A stretch of 63,943 nt of DNA, counting the filler, from Octopus bimaculoides (lineage: Eukaryota): NCBI RefSeq assembly GCF_001194135.2. It is 6 parts of 6 records of this genome, joined end to end, with 100 filler letters (N's around TTAATTAATTAA, not from the genome) between each part and the next. Parts side by side here need not be neighbours in the genome. Positions count along the whole stretch, not along the records: positions 44,205 to 59,849 come from NW_026343229.1; positions 59,950 to 62,230 come from NW_026386973.1; positions 62,331 to 63,943 come from NW_026438217.1; 3 more parts are not named here. One strand, 5' to 3'. Numbering within the stretch: position 1 is the first letter of the stretch; every line of letters begins with the position of its first letter. Positions 54,959 to 63,943 of the stretch are shown piece after piece. The translations under genes and the position numbers were made by a program. The notes beneath the pieces were generated by a model. That model was not told the origin of the DNA. It did not search any database and was given only the letters and a program-made list of their open reading frames with translations.

Positions 54959-55289
54959 ATATATATCTAAACAGAAATATCGTTATTTCTAAATCTTTCG
55001 AAGAGAGTTATTCAGTTACAGTTCTTTGGAGTAAAGACTATTTGCCAACATAATGTGGCTGTACTGGAAAGGACGATTGTTACTGTTGTTCAGCCCCAGG
55101 AAACATCGTTTCCAGCTGGCTATACAACAATATAAGGACACATATATTGTGTCGTATAGCCAACTGGAAACGATGTAGAACAGCCTGCACTACACACACA
55201 TAGAGACAAAATGGCATACATGGGAAACTTTGCTTTCAACACTCGTCATGACACATCCAGTATTGATCACTCGTGGGTGGGAAAACTAT

Positions 55290-55530
55290 ACAAACTAGTT
55301 GTGAAATTAACGTGCAAGTGGCTGAGCACTCCACGGACACGTGTACCCCAAATGTAGTTCTCAGGGAGACTCAGTGTGACAAGGCTGGCTCCTTTGAAAT
55401 ACAGGTACTACTTATTTTTGTTGGCTGAGTGGACTGGAGCTACGTGAAATAAAGTGTCTTGCTCAAGGACACAACGCGTCGCCTGGGAATTGAACTCACG
55501 ACCATACGATCGTGAGTCGAATGCCTTCAC
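55290..55530 (-). mobile_element. SINE family C-related copy
   Basis: gagtggactggagctacgtgaaataaagtgtcttgctcaaggacacaac...gggaattgaactc. Confidence 0.75.
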
Positions 55531-55544
55531 TACACACACACACA

Positions 55545-56010
55545 CACATCATCATCATCATCGTCGTCGTTTAACGTCCGCTTTCCATGCTAGCATGGGT
55601 TGGACGATTTGACTGACTGGTGAAACCAGATGGCTACACCAGGCTCCAATCTGATTTACCAAGGTTTCTACAGCTGGATGCCCTTCCTAACGCCAACCAC
55701 TCCGAGAGTGTAGTGGGTGCTTTTACGTGCCACCGCCACGAAGGCCAGACAGACGGTACTGGCAACGGCCACGCTCGAAATGGTGTATTTAATGTGCCAC
55801 CCGCACAAGAGCCAGTCCAGGGGCACTGGCAACGATCTCGCTCGAAATTTCTACGAAGGCCAGTCAGGCGGTACTGGCAACGGCCACGCTCCAAATGGTG
55901 TATTTTATGTGCCACCCGCACAAGAGCCAGTCCAGGGGCACTGGCAACGATCTCGCTCGAAAATCCTTACACATGTCACGGGCACAAGTGCCAGAAAGGC
56001 AACGCTGGGC
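55545..56010 (-). mobile_element. RTE 3'UTR-derived repeat with internal ~115-bp tandem duplication
   Basis: Family homology; the duplicated unit starts at acgaaggccag. Confidence 0.88.
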
Positions 56011-56344
56011 ACAGGTGCCATCCCGATTTCGCTTTCGCTTGCCCTAATAAGTCTCCGCAAGCTAAGTTTCGTGTCCAATGAAGGAGACGACGTTGGCATG
56101 GGTGCCAGTCGTCGAATTTAGTTCGATTTCAATTTAACTTGCCTCAAAAAGTCTATAAAACATAAAATATATGGGCTGGATGTCGCCAGTTATCACCATA
56201 CACACACACATACGCAAACACACAGCACATTGCACTGCATCCACTTTCGGTCAATCAGTTGCTTTCAGTTGTGAAACACTGTCTTAGATTTTGCAAGTTA
56301 CAAGGCTGCCCCAACAGTGCTGGTGCCACAAAATACACCCAGTG

Positions 56345-56690
56345 TTTCCTGGATCAGGACTGACCTGGGGCTAAACTATATCAGCAGCAGCTATAGCCAC
56401 TAATACAAACTACTATACTATACTTTATATAATTTAGTCCTAGATACACTATGCCTGAATAAAAGATGGGATGTTCACGGTTGGATATCTTTGATCATTG
56501 GTCTGTCTGGATCAGGACTGACCTGTGGCTAAACAACATCAACTATAGCCACTAATACTAACTACTATACTATACATTATATAATGTAGTCCTAGATACA
56601 CTATGTCTGAATAAAAGACGGGATGGTCACAGCTAGAACATCTTTTATAGGACCTGGGGCTAAACTACTACTGCTACTGCTACTGCTACT
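56345..56690 (+). repeat. Tandem ~160-bp duplication of a repeat 3' end
   Basis: tggatcaggactgacctg(g/t)ggctaaac...ctatagccactaatac...gtcctagatacactatg...gaataaaaga occurs twice, followed by a third ggacctggggctaaac. Confidence 0.8.
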
Positions 56691-57030
56691 ACCTTTCGAG
56701 CGGACCGTCCGACTCTGGATTGCTGATGTTCGACCTGGTGGTCACTAGAGTAATTGCTGTCACGTGACATGACAACTCCCGCCATTTCGATCGAAATTCG
56801 CCGAGATTGAGCGGGAGAAAAGCAAAGCGAGAGCGCATGCGTACGTGTGTATGTGGATATGGTGAAGTTGTGACATTCAGGCCCTTCCCTAAGGCCTCTT
56901 ATGGCGTGCCCAAAGTGACATACATTCAGAAACACGCATACGAGTAGCCCTTCTTCTTGTCCTACATCCCATAATCTTTTAAGCTCCTAAAAATGTGTTA
57001 TGTAACGTCAGTATAATACAGAGCAGTGTT

Positions 57031-57967
57031 GTAGTTTAACTTGTTAAATTATGCAGTCGTCAATGCATTAAGACAGAGGCGTAGTTTAACTTGTTTAATT
57101 GTGATAGCGGTACAAAAGTTATGTAGAAACGTAGTTTAGCTTGTTAAATTGTGATCGTACTACAGAAGTAAGACAGAGATGTAGTTTAGCTTGTTTAATT
57201 GTGATGCCGTTACAGAAACGAGTCTACGACGCCCAGAAGTAGCACTTTGTCTCGCTCTATATCCCATAATCTTTATAAAACTCTTTACAATGTAGTGTCT
57301 TCAACTTTTGTATTCTTATGTAACATCAATATAATACAGAGCAGTGTTGTAGTTTAACTTGTTAAATTTTGCTGGTTTTTCAAAGCATAGAGGCAGAAAT
57401 GTAGTTTAGCTTGTTAAATTCGAATGAGGTATATGTGTAGGGTATATGTATAGTTGAGCAGCAGAGCTGTATATTAGCTTGTTAAATTGAGAAGTGTTAC
57501 AGAAGTAGATTTAGATGGTACTGTGTTTTTTTCGTTTGTTAAATTGTGATACTGTTAAAAAAAGAAAAAAAACAAAAAAACTGAAGTATGGTAGAACTGT
57601 AGATTAGCTTGTTAAATTGTGATTGTAATATAGAGCTGAATTAAAGCAGAGCTGTAGTTTAGCTTGTCAAAATTGGGAAGTGTTACGTAAGTAAAATTAG
57701 GTAGAGATGTAGATTAACTTGTTAAATTATGATAGCGTTTATAGAAGAGAAGGAAGATAGTTTAGCTTGTTTAATTGTGAACTACTGTACAGTAAAACCG
57801 CAGTTTAGCTTGTTAAATTCTATTATAGAAGTAAATTAAGGTAGAACTGTTGTTTGGCTTAATTGTGATAAACTACTACAGTAAAGTAAAACCGTAGTTT
57901 AGCTTGTTAAATTGTGATATAGAAGTAAATTACGGCAGAACTGTAGTTTAGCTTGTTTAATTGTGAT
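57031..57967. repeat. Minisatellite-like array, 16 units, ~50-bp period
   Basis: Core GTAGTTTAGCTTGTTAAATTGTGAT starting at 57031, 57081, 57131, 57181, 57349, 57401, 57469, ~57523, 57599, 57654, 57709, 57757, 57800, 57849, 57894 and 57943. Confidence 0.9.
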
Positions 57968-58508
57968 AAAAACTATGTACGTTGAGGAAGAACTGAAGTA
58001 ACAGAAAACGGTAAGAGGGAATCATTTGCGAGAGGCTGGCGCGATTTTGCTGCTATTTCTAGCATGGTAATCGAGGCTCAATCGATTGCTAGTCCAGCGA
58101 GAGTTATTTCCTATGTGGCTCTGTGTTCTGTCCTGGTTTTGTGTGACCTTCTCGTTTGGATGACAATATTGAAGGTCGTACGCAGGAGTCACGTTCAAAC
58201 CCGATCGTTTACATAATGGGCGTGTGTGTGTGTTTGTATCTCAATAGTTCTTTGCTTGTGTGTGTGTGCACGAACGAGACTGGCTCATGTGTGTGTATGT
58301 GTTCGTTCTCGAAACGGTAAAGTGTTTGTGTGTGTGTGTGTGCTCTCGAGTGAGAGTGGAGCTTGCGTGTGTGTATATGTGTGTATGTTCTCGAGTGAAG
58401 GTGAAGTATGTGTGTGTATGTGTATTGTATCTTCTCGAGTAAGGAGGAAGCATGTCTGTGTGTGTGTGTGTGTGTGCACTTGTTGTAGTGTGCGTATATA
58501 TTTGGTGA

Positions 58509-58985
58509 AGTCCTGGGGTCGATTTTCTCGACTAAAGGCGGTGCTCCAGCATGGCCGCAGTAAAAAAAGACTGAAACAAGTGAAAGAGTAAAATAACACT
58601 TATCGTAACTCTCTTTTACTTGTTTCAGTCTTTTTTGACTGCGGCCATGCTGGAGCACCGCCTTTAGTCGAGAAAATCGACCCCGGGACTTATTCTTTGG
58701 AAGCCTAGTACTTATTCTATCGGTCTCTTTTGCCGAACCGCTAAGTTACGGGGACGTAAACACACCATCATCGGTTTTCAAGCGATGATGGGGGGACAAA
58801 CACAGACACACCTACACATACATACATACGACGGGCTTCTTTCAGTTTCCGTCTAACTCACAAGGCTTTGGTCGGCCCGAGGCTATAGTAGAAGACACTT
58901 GCCCAAGTTGCCACGCAGTGGGACTGAACCCAGAACCATGTGGTTGGTAAGCAAGCTACTTACCACACAGCCACTCCTGCGCCTT
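58509..58985. mobile_element. SINE family A tail (+) abutting a full-length copy (-)
   Basis: Plus-strand tail at 58509-58588 and minus-strand element at 58609-58985. Confidence 0.9.
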
Positions 58986-59108
58986 TTAATTTTTTCTATA
59001 AAAATAAAAGAATATTTTACATGTTTCCTTTCTACATAAGTGTATACCTACTTTTGCACCCCACCATTGCCTATCTCCCCTTCGTTTTTGTTTATATCCT
59101 TTCAATAA

Positions 59109-59849
<741 letters not shown>

Positions 59850-60168
59850 NNNNNNNNNNNNNNNNNNNNNNNNNNNNNNNNNNNNNNNNNNNNTTAATTA
59901 ATTAANNNNNNNNNNNNNNNNNNNNNNNNNNNNNNNNNNNNNNNNNNNNGTAGAATGAACAAGCGACATCACAATTACGAGAATAGTAAGTGACGAAAAT
60001 CCCTAAATATGAAAAGGGGAATTGAAACAATCTTCTTCCTTGGGCTTAAAANNNNNNNNNNGGTTCAACACGCTATTTCAAGAACGTTACGAACTGGGAA
60101 AGTTCGGAAGATACAACGATCAAAATGTTGTAAGTATAATCACAATGATAAGGACGTTCATGAAATTA

Positions 60169-60437
60169 TATTGGGTTGCCAGATAAATGTTTTCGTTTTT
60201 TACTCAGTTATTTAAAACTTATTTTTTATCAACAGTTTCTAAAGAATCAGTCAATAATATTTTCTTCTTCGTTGTCCACGGTTTCATTGTTGAGTAGCAC
60301 GTCGAGACCTTGACGCTAAATTCACCGAGTCTTGATGCGAAAAATTCATCGAGTCATGTTTCCAGTTCCACGTCGTTGTTGAACGAAACGTCGCCCAGAC
60401 TGTTGGATAACGATCACAAAATGTGATGACCAGAAGG
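60169..60437 (-). mobile_element. mariner remnant (C-terminus and one TIR)
   Basis: The minus strand reads PSGHHIL*SLSNSLGDVSFNNDVELET*LDEFFAS, matching PSDYHLFRSL.N.L....F...  TIR-like TATTGGGTTGCCAGATAAATGTTTTCGTTTTTT at 60169. Confidence 0.75.
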
Positions 60438-60959
60438 NNNNNNNNNNNNNNNNNNNNNNNNNNNNNNNNNNNNNNNNNNNNNNNNNNNNNNNNNNNNNNN
60501 NNNNNNNNNNNNNNNNNNNNNNNNNNNNNNNNNNNNNNNNNNNNNNNNNNNNNNNNNNNNNNNNNNNNNNNNNNNNNNNNNNNNACAAACTCATAATATA
60601 CATAATTATAACAAGGTAAAAACGTTTTTGACGTGAAACCATGTGATAAACATATGAAATTTGTGGACCAGGTGCTCATACAAGTAAATATGAACTATTA
60701 AGTGCAGAAATTATAGAATTATAAAATATAAATGCAAGTGTGTGTGTGTGTAACTATATGTGTGAGAAAAATTCGAAGGAATCGAATTTTTCCTTAAGTG
60801 GAACCAAGAGAGATGATCATCCGAAAGTTGATCCACGTGATATCTTGTCATTGTTTATCGAAAAATCTCGCGTGGTTTTCATCGTAAATTTACGTAATTT
60901 TTCGTGTTTTAATCCAAAATAGAGACAAACATCGCCGTTCAATGTGATAAACTATATAA

Positions 60960-62230
60960 CACTAGTAAACAAAATAAACTTTTAGTTTCTGGCCTGAAAT
61001 CTTAGACCTGTTTTAGACTAATTTTCAGATGCTGATTCCAAAACGGACCTCAGATTTGCACTTTTGTATCGCATTTTTGTGCCATCGGTATATACCTATA
61101 TTTACTTGGAGCATATCAAAAGTTAACTATACACTGCTATTTGCAGGAATTTTGGCTGGATTGTCATGCTAATTTTGAAATATGTTCAAGCTGAGTTTTG
61201 ATTTAAAGCCCTTCCTTTTCTATTCAGGTGTCAACTAAACCACTGTGATCTAGTTATGGATTCAGTATCAAAAAGAAGGACGTGCTATAATGACTTCGAT
61301 ATCTCCCATTGTATCTATGAAAACTTCACTCCACAGGCTCAAAGGCGCAACATTAATAAATTTGTGAAGAAGTGTATCTTGGTTAGTTTAAAGTAACACT
61401 TAATGACCAGGACAAAAACTGGGCCCCGCACAAAATTTGCACTACCTGTGCTGACAATTGGTATGATGAAGCAATTCATCAAATTTCTTGATCTCAGTGG
61501 AGAATACTTCAGATATATATGTACAATCTTTCCAAATCTCAGTGACGAGAAGGAAGGCAAGAATATTTTGTGAATTTCAAATAAGAACACCCATCAGAGA
61601 TCCAAATTTAGTAACAATAATGAGTGCAGAGGAGGTTAGCGCTTGGAATGCCTTCTCTGATGTGGTGCAGAATTTCCTTGGGAACAAGAAAGCTGGCAGC
61701 TAACAAAAGATTGCGGATAAGCTGTTCTGGAGGTTGCAAGCACTTGGATGAAAAACGAGAATTAAATTGCACTATTTACAGTCACTTGGGTGAGTTTCTT
61801 GAANNNNNNNNNNACGAGAATTAAATTGCACTATTTACAGTCACTTGGGTGAGTTTCTTGAAAACCAGGGTGCTGTTAGCGAAGAACACGTTGAACGCGT
61901 TCATCAATACGTACGAGTAATAGAAGAACGCTACCAAGGCCAATGGGACTCAAACATGATGGCAGATTACTGCTGGAGCTTGATGAAAGACATTCAAGAA
62001 ACTGTGCACAGGAAGTTGTCAGAAAAGAGGAAGTTTTTGCAGTAATAAGATGATCAGAAGGAATGACCGTAATGAACAGAGATTTTATATTCATATTTTG
62101 TTAACACCAATTTTAATTCTTACACGCTAATAAGCATTTACTCCCACAACTTTGCTTCGATTTATTAAATTGTAAAAAAAAATACTATTAAAAATTGCAT
62201 CTACGTATGTTTCATTCTTCTTTTATGAGC
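60960..62230 (+). mobile_element. Chapaev3-like (CMC superfamily) DNA transposon, internally deleted
   Basis: Starts CACTAG. N-terminal DQDKNWAPHKICTTC; C-terminal AWNAFSDVVQNFLGNKKA and NQGAVSEEHVERVHQYVRVIEERYQGQWDSNMMADYCWSL. The family assignment is from memory of the GAVSDEHGERFHQ...RYQG.W...LADYCW motif. Confidence 0.75.
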
Positions 62231-62330
62231 NNNNNNNNNNNNNNNNNNNNNNNNNNNNNNNNNNNNNNNNNNNNTTAATTAATTAANNNNNNNNNNNNNN
62301 NNNNNNNNNNNNNNNNNNNNNNNNNNNNNN

Positions 62331-63207
62331 GAAATGAAGCTAGTATCCTCTGCTGGATGTGTTATGTCAGTGTGCATACACAACACAGAAAAGTTGGACA
62401 TAAGGATCATCAGATGTAGTGTGAAAGAGAGATGACTATGCTGGTCTGGTCACGTGTTGCATATGTATAAGTACAGCTGTGTGAAGAAGTGTCACACCCT
62501 AAGCCCTAACAGTGGAGAGACCCAGTGGAAGAGGTAGACCCAGAAAGACCTAGGAAGAGGTGGTGATGCACGACCTTCAAACGTTGGGCTTCACGGAGGC
62601 AATAACAAGTGACCGAGACCGTTGGAGACATGCTGTGTTTAAGAAGAACCAGCAAGTCAAGTGAGACCGTAACCATGGTCTATGCCAGTGTTGCATAACT
62701 GGCCCATTTAAGAGTGCCCTTCAATCATGGGTCAATAAACTGCCCTTGTGAGGACCATTTGAGTCAAGTGAAATCAGCCGTGGCTGATGCTAGAACTGCC
62801 TGACTGGCACCTGCACTAGTGCCATGTAAGAGGCACCATTCCCACTGGACTGGCTCCCATGCTGGTGGCACATAAAATGCACCATATGTGCCGGTGGAAG
62901 GTGAAAAGTACCATTCGAGAGTTGTCATTGTTAGTGCTGCCTGACTGGCTCCCGTGCCAATGGCACGTAAAAAGCACCATTCAAGCATGGCTGATGCCAG
63001 TACTGCCGGACTGGCTCTTGCGCTGGTGGCTTGTATAAAGCATCCACTACACTCTTGGATTGGTTGGCATTAGGAAGGGCATCCAGCTGTAGAAACCTTG
63101 CCAGATCAGATTGGAGCCTGATGCAGCCTTCTGTCTTGCTAGTCCTCAGTCAAACTGTCTAACCCATGCCAGCATGGAAAGCGGACGTTAAACAATGATG
63201 ATGATAT
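62331..63207 (+). mobile_element. RTE LINE 3' end (ORF tail plus 3'UTR)
   Basis: Decayed LCWSGHVLHM...GRGRPRKT*EEVVMHDLQTLG...DRDRWR, then a UTR ending gcatggaaagcggacgttaaacaatgatgatg. Confidence 0.88.
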
Positions 63208-63214
63208 ATAATGA

Positions 63215-63943
63215 GAGGAATTCAAGACAGGCTGCCTCTGGGAGCTCCTCTATACTGATGACCTTGCTCAAATAGCTGAATCACTACCAGAACTAGAGAA
63301 GAAGCTTCAGGTGTGGAAGCAAGGTCTAGAATCAAATGGTCTTTGAGTCAATCTAACCAAAACCAAAGTCTTAGTAAGTAGAAAGGCAGACAAATCACAA
63401 ATCCCTTCAGGTAGGTGGCCTTGCTTGATCTGTAGAAAAGGCATAGGTAGAAACTCCATAAGATGCACCTGGTGTAAGCTATGGACACGTAAGAGGTACA
63501 GTAATATCAAAGGAAGGTTAACTGGGAAGATAGTTTTTGTGTGGCAGATACACAGGGCCAATAAACACCGAAGATGTACAGAAAACAGATTCCATCACAT
63601 GCCATGGGGAAAAATTAGAAGTAGTTGATAGTTTCTGTTACCTAGGTGACCAAGTCAGTAGCGAGGGTGGATGTTCTGGGAGTGTAGCTGCTAGAATAGG
63701 AATAGACTGGGAAAAGGTAAGAGAACTCCTACCTCTGCTGGTAACAAAGGGCCTCTCACTCAGAGTGAATGTAGATTGTATGAAGCATGTGTCTGAACAG
63801 CCATGCCACATGGCAGTGAAACATGGGTTGTGACTGCTGAGGACATGCGTAGGTTTGAAAGAAATGGAGCTAGTATGCGCAACTGGATGTGTAATGTCAG
63901 TGTGCATACATGACAGCGTAAGCACCTTGAGAAAAGTTGAACA
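63215..63943 (+). mobile_element. RTE LINE RT C-terminal fragment
   Basis: WELLYTDDL (YADD motif), VNLTKTKV, CLICRKGIGRNSIRCTWCKLW, EKLEVVDSFCYLGDQVSSEGGCS; runs off the end of the window. Confidence 0.92.

Noticed and set aside
57031-57967. CRISPR array
   Set aside because: The context is an animal intron with no cas genes. The repeats are degenerate and the spacers are related to one another. Kept as a minisatellite-like array.
59950-60168. Additional mariner N-terminal fragments (also 60780-60900)
   Set aside because: There is only a vague resemblance and no diagnostic motif.
61755-61863. ~48-bp tandem duplication in the Chapaev-like element
   Set aside because: The identical copies lie on either side of a 10-N gap, which indicates an unmerged contig overlap. 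A similar case is near 8925-8990.

Overview
AT-rich eukaryotic genomic DNA with many gaps, dense in microsatellites and repeats. The SINE/LINE families look like those of an Octopus-type coleoid cephalopod (inference; no search was run). One host gene is clearly supported: an ALKBH5 orthologue (RNA m6A demethylase) on the + strand. It has coding exon 1 at 50927-51690, a 7.5-kb intron and an 81-nt exon 2 at 59165-59245; later exons were not found in the window. Most of the rest is decayed mobile DNA: Tc1, mariner, maT/DD37D, Chapaev3-like and Helitron remnants; RTE, CR1/L2, R4/Dong-like and Penelope-like retroelement fragments; and three abundant tRNA-derived SINE families. Most listed ORFs are microsatellite or N-gap artefacts. 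Best leads: (1) a tRNA-headed short element carrying a minimal hammerhead ribozyme, in two copies; (2) a 16-unit, ~50-bp-period array with a conserved 25-bp core, next to a promoter-like antisense candidate exon inside ALKBH5 intron 1; (3) a SINE flanked by a ~140-bp target-site-like duplication; (4) several fold-back structures, two of them in the ALKBH5 pre-mRNA. Repeat boundaries were read by eye and are approximate.
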